The position numbers were made by a program, and so were the translations under genes. Of a stretch of DNA of 64,000 bases, positions 51,996 to 60,035 are shown piece after piece. Every line of letters begins with the position of its first letter. The first letter of the stretch is position 1. The notes beneath the pieces are model-generated. The model was given only the letters and a program-made list of their open reading frames with translations. It did no database searches and was not told where the DNA came from. Source of the stretch: an uncultured bacterium (lineage in GTDB: Bacteria; Acidobacteriota; HRBIN11; JAKEFK01); NCBI GenBank assembly GCA_963777505.1, contig CAVZQN010000008.1, forward strand, positions 160,001-224,000. Direction: 5' to 3'.

Positions 51996-52394
51996 ATGTC
52001 ACTCAACAAAATATTGATTATTGGAAACCTTGGATCTGACCCAAACAGGCGTTCTTTGCCATCAGGCAAACCAACAGTTTCATTCAGCGTTGCTACAAAT
52101 CGACGTTACAAAGTTGAAGGGCAACTCAGAGAGGAAGTTGAATGGTTTAGTGTTGTTGCATTTGGAAGACTCGCTGAAATTTGTTCCGAGTTTCTGAGAA
52201 AAGGAAAACCTGTGTTTATCGAAGGCAGAATGAGAACACGCAATTGGACCGATGCGAATGGAGCCGTTCATTATCGGACTGAAGTCATTGCTGAAGGAAT
52301 GCGGATGATTGGAAGAAGAGAAAACGGTAATCAATCAGAATCCCATGAAGTTTCCGAATCCTCCCACTCCGATATGCCGGAAGAACCGTTTTAA
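51996..52394 (+). CDS. ssb: Single-stranded DNA-binding protein
   Basis: LNK..IIGNLG.DP, ATN, KG..VFIEG; acidic ...EEPF tail; GGAGG RBS. Confidence 0.93.
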   Translation: MSLNKILIIGNLGSDPNRRSLPSGKPTVSFSVATNRRYKVEGQLREEVEWFSVVAFGRLAEICSEFLRKGKPVFIEGRMRTRNWTDANGAVHYRTEVIAEGMRMIGRRENGNQSESHEVSESSHSDMPEEPF

Positions 52395-52424
52395 GATTCA
52401 CCGCAAAGACACGAAGATAAGTTT

Positions 52425-53180
52425 GTGAAATGGATAGCGGGAGCAAGGCTTATATTCGTTTGTATTTTTATAGCCTTGTACTTGATTGTTGTCGGCATTC
52501 CAGTTTTAACGTATTGCCGCATCATAAAAAACCCAAAGCTTGCTCTTCGGCTTTCCCGTGTATTGGCTGGAATTGTTTTATGGTTTGGCGGAGTCAAGTT
52601 AATTGTTGAAGGCCGGCAAAAGGTTGATCCTTCAAAAGGTTGTGTATACGTTGCAAATCATAAAAGTTTTGTCGATTCAATTGCGCTCTTTTATGCGTTG
52701 CCCGGCGATTTGACTCTCCTTGCAAAAAAAGAAATTTACAAAATTCCGCTCGTCTCTTTTGCCTTACGTACGATGGACATTATCGCGGTCGATCGTTCTG
52801 ATTCTGAAGCAGCAGCACAAAGTATTGAACGTGCTGTTCAATATCTACAAAACGGAAAATGTGTAATCATGTTTCCAGAGGGGACACGCAACAGAGGAGA
52901 AGGACTCCTTCCATTTAAGAAAGGTGCATTTGTTCTTGCGATCAAGGCGCAAGTCCCAATTGTTCCAGTTGCAATTATTGGAGCTGAAAAAGCAATCGCA
53001 CCGGATACAATCTTTTTATACCCAGCAACGCTGCATATCACTGTTCTCGATCCGATAGAAACGAAAGGGATGGATCTTGAACAACGCACAGAACTACTTG
53101 ACTATACGCGGTCAGTTATAGAAGCGACGTATATGGGTTCTTTACCGCAGAGTCACAGAGAAGGTTCCACAAGTCGATAA
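52425..53180 (+). CDS. plsC: 1-acyl-sn-glycerol-3-phosphate acyltransferase
   Basis: NHKSFVD, FPEGTR, FKKGAF. Confidence 0.9.
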   Translation: MKWIAGARLIFVCIFIALYLIVVGIPVLTYCRIIKNPKLALRLSRVLAGIVLWFGGVKLIVEGRQKVDPSKGCVYVANHKSFVDSIALFYALPGDLTLLAKKEIYKIPLVSFALRTMDIIAVDRSDSEAAAQSIERAVQYLQNGKCVIMFPEGTRNRGEGLLPFKKGAFVLAIKAQVPIVPVAIIGAEKAIAPDTIFLYPATLHITVLDPIETKGMDLEQRTELLDYTRSVIEATYMGSLPQSHREGSTSR

Positions 53181-54238
53181 ATTGTGTCGCGTTTTTGGGG
53201 AGTGAAGCCGGCATCGCGGATCAGGCGTCGTAAGTCTTCTTCAGAAGCTCGGAAGTTTGCGCCTGCAGCAGAAACAACATTTTCCTCAATCATCACACTG
53301 CCCATATCATTAGCGCCAAAACGTAAAGCAACTTGACCCAGCTTCAATCCTTGAGTTAGCCAGGAGCTTTGAACGTTCTCAATGTTATCTAAAAAGATTC
53401 GTGAAATTGCGAGCGTCTTAAGAAAATCGGATGCAGTTGAAGTCGGACATTGCAACAAGGTATTCTCCGGCTGAAAAGTCCAGCAGATAAAAGACATGAA
53501 TCCACCTGTTTTATCTTGTAAGTCTCTGATCCGTTGAAGATGTTCCGCGCGCTCTTCCAATGTTTCTACGTGACCAAACATCATCGTAGAGCTGGAACGA
53601 AGTCCTTGCTTGTGGGTTTCTTCATGTACAGCAAGCCATTCATCGGACATGCACTTTCGTGGCGATATTTCGCGTCTCACACGATCAACAAGAATTTCGC
53701 CACCGCCGCCGGGAAGTGAATCCAGCCCGGCAGCAATCAATCTTTCCATTACTTCTGATAATGAAATTCGCGAGACCTTACAAATGTTTACTATTTCCGG
53801 CGGAGAAAATCCGTGAATCCAAATTGGAAATTTGCTTTTGATGTGTCGCAATAATGCTTCATACCAATCGATCTTCAATTCCGGATGCAGACCGCCTTGC
53901 ATCAAAATACCTGTTCCTTTTAAGGCAAGTGTCTCTTCAATTTTCTTATCCAGAACTTCGAACGCATGCAAATACGTATCGGATTCACCCGGTGAACGAT
54001 AAAATGCACAAAATGAGCATTCGACGTTGCATACGTTTGTGTAGTTGATATTACGATCGATTATGTAGGTAACCGTTCTTTCTGGATGGAATTTGTATCG
54101 CACAAAGTCAGATGCCATTCCCAGTTCAAGCAGATCGTTGCAATGAAATAACTGGATCGCATCCTCTTGTGATATACGTTCACCCCGATACACACGCGAA
54201 AGGATTTCAGAAACAGTGGATTGCACAGCTACATCCAT
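53153..54238 (-). CDS. mqnC: Cyclic dehypoxanthine futalosine synthase (radical SAM)
   Basis: DRNINYTNVCNVECSFCAF, QGG.HP, PGGGGEIL, EENVVSAAG; adjacent to mqnA. Confidence 0.92.
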   Translation of the reverse strand: MDVAVQSTVSEILSRVYRGERISQEDAIQLFHCNDLLELGMASDFVRYKFHPERTVTYIIDRNINYTNVCNVECSFCAFYRSPGESDTYLHAFEVLDKKIEETLALKGTGILMQGGLHPELKIDWYEALLRHIKSKFPIWIHGFSPPEIVNICKVSRISLSEVMERLIAAGLDSLPGGGGEILVDRVRREISPRKCMSDEWLAVHEETHKQGLRSSSTMMFGHVETLEERAEHLQRIRDLQDKTGGFMSFICWTFQPENTLLQCPTSTASDFLKTLAISRIFLDNIENVQSSWLTQGLKLGQVALRFGANDMGSVMIEENVVSAAGANFRASEEDLRRLIRDAGFTPQKRDTIYRLVEPSL

Positions 54239-55002
54239 ATATCCGTCCTTATGTTCTTTACGAGTTTTAGATCAGCTGCGAGGTCCAGGTACTTAGAAAA
54301 ACCCTGGTAATCGTTCGGGGTGAGCTGATAATGCAAGTCAAGATTATAATATCTTTTTAGAAATTCGCTATCCACGGTAATCATCTTTTTGGCCTGCTCG
54401 ATAATCGAATCAATTGCTTCTAAACCCTTGACGAGAGAATCACGGAATATTTCCTGTTTTGATAATTCAAGATTTTGTGTCGAAGCCCACACAGCAAATA
54501 TAAAAGGAAGGCCTGCAAAATCGTGCCATTCTGACGCAAGATCCCACCGATTACTTCCGGGGATTCTGGATAGAATTGCGTCATCTCCAATCACTAAAGC
54601 GGCATCATAATTTTTTAGAGTCCCAACTATGTCATGGCTATCGGCGGTAACGAAGAGCGGTTTATTTCCGTATTTTTTTTGCAGAATAATTTTCAATAAA
54701 TTCACCGAAGTCAATGACGCGGGGTCCACTGATACGGTTTTGAGTTGCTCTAATGGTTTAAATGAATAAAGGTAGACTGATTCTGTTTGTTTTTCAGCGG
54801 CAATTCCGATTCCGGAAATCGCCCGCACATTTTCATGCAATTGAGTTCCAAAAATAGGTATCAGGGCTACATCAACTTCGCTATGAATCAGGTGTTTGAA
54901 ACAGGCAGAAGGAGTATCCAGTATCAATTCGATGCTTGAATTGCGTTGAAGACCATAAATAAGTGGAAGAGTATTGATGTAATGGATTGCCGCGACGCGC
55001 AT
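54229..55002 (-). CDS. mqnA: Chorismate dehydratase (futalosine pathway)
   Basis: YINTLPL, SLTSVNL, IGDDA, DLA.EW....GLPFIFAVW. Confidence 0.9.
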   Translation of the reverse strand: MRVAAIHYINTLPLIYGLQRNSSIELILDTPSACFKHLIHSEVDVALIPIFGTQLHENVRAISGIGIAAEKQTESVYLYSFKPLEQLKTVSVDPASLTSVNLLKIILQKKYGNKPLFVTADSHDIVGTLKNYDAALVIGDDAILSRIPGSNRWDLASEWHDFAGLPFIFAVWASTQNLELSKQEIFRDSLVKGLEAIDSIIEQAKKMITVDSEFLKRYYNLDLHYQLTPNDYQGFSKYLDLAADLKLVKNIRTDIWM

Positions 55003-55010
55003 GATTCATT

Positions 55011-55043
55011 GTAGCGGGTAGGTCAAAGAAGACCCACCCGTAC
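55011..55043. repeat. REP family A variant
   Basis: Reverse complement GTACGGGTGGGTCTTCTTTGACCTACCCGCTAC, similar to 18253. Confidence 0.65.
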
Positions 55044-55051
55044 AAATAATT

Positions 55052-55693
55052 TTATTGCGAAGGCATCTCGCGATTGGCTTCGATTTTTTCGGATTTTACG
55101 CGAAGCTGTTCAAAATAAACAACGCTGGTTCCACCGGTAACAAGGCCAACCTGGCCGCCGGTGCTTGTTTCATCTTCTACTTCTAAAACTGGCTCTCCAT
55201 CGAGAAATGCGCGAATTTTGTTGAGGTAGCACACTGCTTTCAGTTCATACCAACGATCTGGTTCGATGCTGCGATTTTCACGCTTAAGTGCCTTCATACC
55301 TCTGAGTGCAGCACGAGTTAAAGTAAGTCTCTTGTCTTTGGTGTTGATGAAGAGCATGTAATAGCTGTAGAGATTTCGATAACGAAGTATCAAACCTCCA
55401 GATTGTATATCTTGATTTTCGCTGCTCAGGTAAATGCGCGTGCTTACTTCAAAATCAAAATAATCATGTCCCTTGAGTAACGCTTTAGGATAGTCTGCGT
55501 ATTTTACTGTTTGATTCAAAAGGGGAACATTCAACTTGGGTGGAGTGCGAATTTCCCATTTCCCTGAGATCGCATCAAGTTCTTCAAGGACCTCAGGCCG
55601 GTCAAACCTCCAACTCTGATCAGTTCCGCGTGAAGTATAGGTGGCTCCCACCCAGAGTAATGAGAGCAGCAATAGCGCAGCATATTTTTTCAT
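55052..55693 (-). CDS. Secreted ConA-like beta-sandwich protein (DUF1080-like)
   Basis: Signal peptide; 'GLI.RY....YY', 'WY.L......I....DG', 'G.VGL.......F..L.V'. Confidence 0.7.
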   Translation of the reverse strand: MKKYAALLLLSLLWVGATYTSRGTDQSWRFDRPEVLEELDAISGKWEIRTPPKLNVPLLNQTVKYADYPKALLKGHDYFDFEVSTRIYLSSENQDIQSGGLILRYRNLYSYYMLFINTKDKRLTLTRAALRGMKALKRENRSIEPDRWYELKAVCYLNKIRAFLDGEPVLEVEDETSTGGQVGLVTGGTSVVYFEQLRVKSEKIEANREMPSQ

Positions 55694-55702
55694 GCACTCC
55701 TC

Positions 55703-58700
55703 TTAGAAGTCGTAACCGATCGAAAAATCAAACTCAATTCCATCAGTAATCTCAAACCCTGACACTGGCTGAGTGAGATCGACAATACCGAATTCATTTC
55801 CAAATCGCCCTTTGCCATAGACTTTGGAGAAGTCAAAATTTAATGGCAGGCCACCGGCATGAAAGGTAAAACCGAATCCAATGGCACCTGCTCCTTCTTT
55901 AAAATCCAATAAGAAAAATTGATCATCTACAGTGCGAGAAGAGAAAGTAGGAACATTGAATTGGCCAAGAGAATCCTCATGATACTCCATTCGAAAATAA
56001 TCGACGAATACTTTGCCGCGGAGTTGACCAAGGAACGGCATCCGTGGGTTAGGATAAAGTGGAAAACGGTATTCTAGATTTCCAATACCGCCTCTTTGGC
56101 CTGCTATTTCTCGGAAATCAAATCCACGAATATCGAGCCCACCGCCGAATGAAAATATAACAGGATCATCACCAGCGGTACGGAAACCGCGGGCACGAGC
56201 AGCAATAAGAGTTCGATTTGTGACTCTGAAATATTTCCTCAAATCGACATCTAAGATTGAACGAGAAACCCACTCATTCGAAACAGGAGGTGCATAATCG
56301 AATGCAATACGAAACGTATGGCCCGAGATCGGACCAAACTCGCGGAACCGTGTGGTTTCAGCAACGAAAGCAACACTGAGCGGGATGTAACCACCATTAG
56401 ATAGAAAATCATCCACGTTTTGATTTACGAGAAAATTCTCATAAATATCCTGCGTTTGATTATCATAGAAGCGCTGCGACAAATCGAATACACCGGCTCC
56501 TAATTCAAAACGATAATAGCGGTTCAAAGGGTATTGACCTAGGAATCGTCCACCGTAAATTCGGGAACGTACGATGTCTGTAGTAAATCCCGTTTGCTGC
56601 GCTATTTCGGCTGGAACAGAGATCAGGAAAAAATCATCGTTAAAGACAAAGTCTGATAGATACTGCAAACGGTGTCCGAGATCAACATATCCTGCATAGT
56701 AGGATTGAAATCCGCGAATACGGCTTGTATAAAAACGCCATTCTTGATCTCCGAGAATATCTTGAAGCACAACCCCGGATGCCACTGCAAATGTGTCGCC
56801 CGAAACACCTGTAATAACGCTAGGACGGCCACCAACAATCAGCTTGAGTTTCTTGTCCTGAACTTTCTTTTCATCAACTACAAGATTCTTAGTTGGTTGA
56901 AAATCAGAGAGCACAGGGCCTTCTTTCGGAAATTCCCGAGAAGTCGGATCATCTTCGCTTTGTGCCATCTTTAAAGTTTCGCCACCTTCTGTTTCACTTC
57001 CTTTTGCAATCACATTAAGAGGTTCAGGCAAGTCCATAATGAACAATCGGTATTGGCCTTTAAAGAATGAAGTAAATGCGATGCGCTTCTTCTCCCCTTC
57101 ATAAAACACGACGGGACTAAAATTGCTTCCGATAACATCGGTAAATTGCAATTTATCGCCTGTGCTTAAATCCAGGGCGTAGATGTTGTAAGCGCCGGTC
57201 TTATCGCCCGCGTAATAGACACGATTCGTGCGAGGATCATACTCAGGACTTGTTGAATCGTAATCGGAGAATGTAAGTTGCTCAATCTTTGCCGGGTTTG
57301 CAGTTTCCATTCGCATGATCTGATCGCGTGAATTAATACGGCTCGTATAGTAAATGTATTTTCCATCCGGAGAATACCGCGGTGTCTTTTCGTAAAGAAT
57401 ATCGTTTGTGATTTTTTTGTATTCTTTAGTTGCTACATCGATCGCAAACAAATCAGGCTGAGCATCCTTAAATCCCGTAATGATGACTGTCCGCCCATCA
57501 GGTGAAATAGTAGGCGATGCTGCTTGATCGATGTCTACCTTAATTTTTTCAATTCTGTCACCATCTTTTGAATCTACGATGAATAACGAACGACGCTTTC
57601 CTGTACGTCCGAAATAACCGATGTATCGGCCATCATAGCTCCATGCAATATTCCGGCCTTCAAATCGCCAGCTATCAGTAGTCAGATAATCGTAAGAAGT
57701 TGTAAAACCGCCTGTGAGATTTTCAAGCACTTTGCCTTCACGATTGATTTTCAGAATATCAAATTCATAATCGCTGAAATTGGAAGTTAGTACAGCAAAT
57801 TCTTGCCCATCCGGTGATGGATGTTGGGAAAAAGCCTGACGATACTTTGAAGGAAGTGAAATTTCATTTCCATAATCTATCGGAGATTGTTTGTCGCGAT
57901 AATCTTTAAATCGCTCGCGAAGATATGAAGAAAACTGTTCGTTAAATTCCTCTTCTTTTACACCAAGGGCGCTAAAGATTACATCTTCAGTACCGAGTAA
58001 AGTAGCCTTCTTCATGTAAAACCAGAATTGTCTAAGCGCTGCATCACCATATTTTTCGGCTATGAACTCGAAAACAGCATGACCAACGTTGTAAGGTGCG
58101 CGACCCAACTCTTGAGTTCCACCAGGATAGATCATGTCGCGTTCTACACTCACAAATGGGAGACGTTCAGTTAGAACCGCATCTCGAACGACCATAATGT
58201 CTGCCGGATCCCATGTCCCTGTTGCATAATCCGCATATCCTTCCATTACCCAGAGTGGCGGACTTGAACGAACGATGGGTGAAAGGATTCCACCAAAAAG
58301 CATTGAGAATTCAAATACGTGCGCTAGTTCGTGCGTTATTAAACTTTGCAGCTTATCGGACGGCTGATCAATTGCAAACGCCATACGGTTGTAAACAGGT
58401 TCTGCTGCACCAAGAATACCTTCACTGATTTGTAAATAATTTACCTGTTCAAATTCACTTTGTGTTTTGAAAAAGATTAACGGAATTTTAAATTCAATGT
58501 CATGCTGCAAATCAGCACTGAGCTTATCGTAAGCAGATTCAGCCATGCTAACTACGCGCTGCAGTTGTTGTTTTGATTCCGGATAGAAGTAGATTTCAAA
58601 ATGCGCAGTTTTATACGTCTTCCATTCGAAAGAGTCGTATTTGACATTATTTTTTCCGTAGTAAGGAACGATTTGCGCGAAAAGCGGAAGGCCAAACAGG

Positions 58701-58735
58701 AGTGCAAACAGGGTGATAGCAACTCTTTTAAACAT
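55703..58735 (-). CDS. Omp85-family outer-membrane protein with N-terminal gluzincin-like peptidase and PD40/WD40 beta-propeller
   Basis: HELAH...W.MEG; SPDG repeats; 'IRGF' loop-6 motif, EYRFP, C-terminal FSIGYDF. Confidence 0.85.
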   Translation of the reverse strand: MFKRVAITLFALLFGLPLFAQIVPYYGKNNVKYDSFEWKTYKTAHFEIYFYPESKQQLQRVVSMAESAYDKLSADLQHDIEFKIPLIFFKTQSEFEQVNYLQISEGILGAAEPVYNRMAFAIDQPSDKLQSLITHELAHVFEFSMLFGGILSPIVRSSPPLWVMEGYADYATGTWDPADIMVVRDAVLTERLPFVSVERDMIYPGGTQELGRAPYNVGHAVFEFIAEKYGDAALRQFWFYMKKATLLGTEDVIFSALGVKEEEFNEQFSSYLRERFKDYRDKQSPIDYGNEISLPSKYRQAFSQHPSPDGQEFAVLTSNFSDYEFDILKINREGKVLENLTGGFTTSYDYLTTDSWRFEGRNIAWSYDGRYIGYFGRTGKRRSLFIVDSKDGDRIEKIKVDIDQAASPTISPDGRTVIITGFKDAQPDLFAIDVATKEYKKITNDILYEKTPRYSPDGKYIYYTSRINSRDQIMRMETANPAKIEQLTFSDYDSTSPEYDPRTNRVYYAGDKTGAYNIYALDLSTGDKLQFTDVIGSNFSPVVFYEGEKKRIAFTSFFKGQYRLFIMDLPEPLNVIAKGSETEGGETLKMAQSEDDPTSREFPKEGPVLSDFQPTKNLVVDEKKVQDKKLKLIVGGRPSVITGVSGDTFAVASGVVLQDILGDQEWRFYTSRIRGFQSYYAGYVDLGHRLQYLSDFVFNDDFFLISVPAEIAQQTGFTTDIVRSRIYGGRFLGQYPLNRYYRFELGAGVFDLSQRFYDNQTQDIYENFLVNQNVDDFLSNGGYIPLSVAFVAETTRFREFGPISGHTFRIAFDYAPPVSNEWVSRSILDVDLRKYFRVTNRTLIAARARGFRTAGDDPVIFSFGGGLDIRGFDFREIAGQRGGIGNLEYRFPLYPNPRMPFLGQLRGKVFVDYFRMEYHEDSLGQFNVPTFSSRTVDDQFFLLDFKEGAGAIGFGFTFHAGGLPLNFDFSKVYGKGRFGNEFGIVDLTQPVSGFEITDGIEFDFSIGYDF

Positions 58736-58744
58736 AGGTACCTC

Positions 58745-59440
58745 TCATGGTTCGAGTAATGTTCTAGAGCCTGCGACCCGGTAAGGAACTAAGATTCCGA
58801 CGATTTTGGGTGTCATCCTTTCAAAAACATCATAGAAGAGAGGAAGGCTTACATTATTAATATCATCGTAAACTTCTTCTTCTTTGAAATTTTCCTGAAA
58901 CAATTTTTCGCCTGTTGAGGCATCAATAAGATACAGGTTTACCGCAAGAATAAGTTGTAAGCGCTCTCTTGTAGTTGTTACATCTCGCTGAACACCTGTA
59001 CGAGGATTGGTTACCCGTTCTGTTACAAGTCCGCTCTTTTCCTTATTAGAAAAATCGACAGACCCAACAAGAATCATAGCTCCTTCCCTTTTTCCGATGT
59101 CCTGGGCCACCCAGAAAGCAGGATCCTTCAAAATTTCATCCGGCGTTTTAGTCTTATCAAACTCAACTTTCAGATCTTCAACTTCATAACCACTTTTATC
59201 TTTAAATTCCGATTTTAGTGTTTCCTTGATTTCTTTGTTGATATTGATGTTTACATTCTTATCAATGTCATGAGTTCCGGTAATGATAAAGTCAGATATG
59301 TATAAATTTTTGAAACCTTTAGCGACATATTTCGGGCGTAAAGGTGCCGAAATCTGTACTTCGGTGGATTTTTTTGCAAACGCTGGTGCGATGAAAGAAA
59401 TGAGAAAAATGACAAGAATTCCGAACGACACATTTTTCAT
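58745..59440 (-). CDS. Secreted hypothetical protein (CsgG/LpoB-like alpha/beta fold possible)
   Basis: Signal peptide; 'IL.GSV' and 'LID..TGE' motifs. Confidence 0.6.
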   Translation of the reverse strand: MKNVSFGILVIFLISFIAPAFAKKSTEVQISAPLRPKYVAKGFKNLYISDFIITGTHDIDKNVNININKEIKETLKSEFKDKSGYEVEDLKVEFDKTKTPDEILKDPAFWVAQDIGKREGAMILVGSVDFSNKEKSGLVTERVTNPRTGVQRDVTTTRERLQLILAVNLYLIDASTGEKLFQENFKEEEVYDDINNVSLPLFYDVFERMTPKIVGILVPYRVAGSRTLLEP

Positions 59441-59489
59441 AAACTAATCTCACGGTGGGAAATGAAGGAAGGCGTGTAAAACAGCACCT

Positions 59490-59846
59490 TCATTTTCTTT
59501 GTCGTTGATATTTCCGGTAGAAGTCCCTGAAACGGTCTAAATTGTTTTTAATGATCTCACTCTGACTATCTAACCGGTAAGCTATCTGGTACTCCTCCAT
59601 AGCTAGATCATATTCTCCCATCTGCTCATATGCCACTGCCAAATTGTTGTGCGCCATCACGTTATCACGATCCAGCTGCAGTACCTTCTGCCATCGGTAA
59701 ATTGCCTCATCCCAATGATCATCTTTTGCCGCTCTTACACCGAATTCAAGTTGTTGTTTGACTTCTTCGGGCATGTCGGCGGCTTTTAATGGGAGAGTGA
59801 CAGAAAGAAGAACAAAGGAAAGTAAAAAGTAGGACCGTATCTTCAT
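59490..59846 (-). CDS. Small secreted TPR protein
   Basis: Signal peptide; AHNNLAVAYEQMG TPR; start reset to MKIRSY. Confidence 0.8.
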   Translation of the reverse strand: MKIRSYFLLSFVLLSVTLPLKAADMPEEVKQQLEFGVRAAKDDHWDEAIYRWQKVLQLDRDNVMAHNNLAVAYEQMGEYDLAMEEYQIAYRLDSQSEIIKNNLDRFRDFYRKYQRQRK

Positions 59847-60035
59847 TATTCTTCGGCTGATAGCAAAAATTATATGGGTTTTAATTTGAAGGCGCAAGGG
59901 ATTCGGAAATTTGAATTTTGTAGAAGTCAAATTGGATACGAATATGAACGTTTGCGACCCCGGTGTTGTCCATGGTACGATGACTTTGATCCCGATTGAT
60001 TACCAGGCTATGCTGGAAATAATTGCTCTTTTTCT

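Noticed and set aside
352-53160. Dispersed repeats as a CRISPR array
   Set aside because: Copies are kilobases apart, degenerate and have no regular spacers; no cas genes are present
53153-54238. CofH or MqnE call for the radical SAM gene
   Set aside because: DRNINYTN, QGGxHP and EENVV motifs plus adjacency to mqnA fit MqnC
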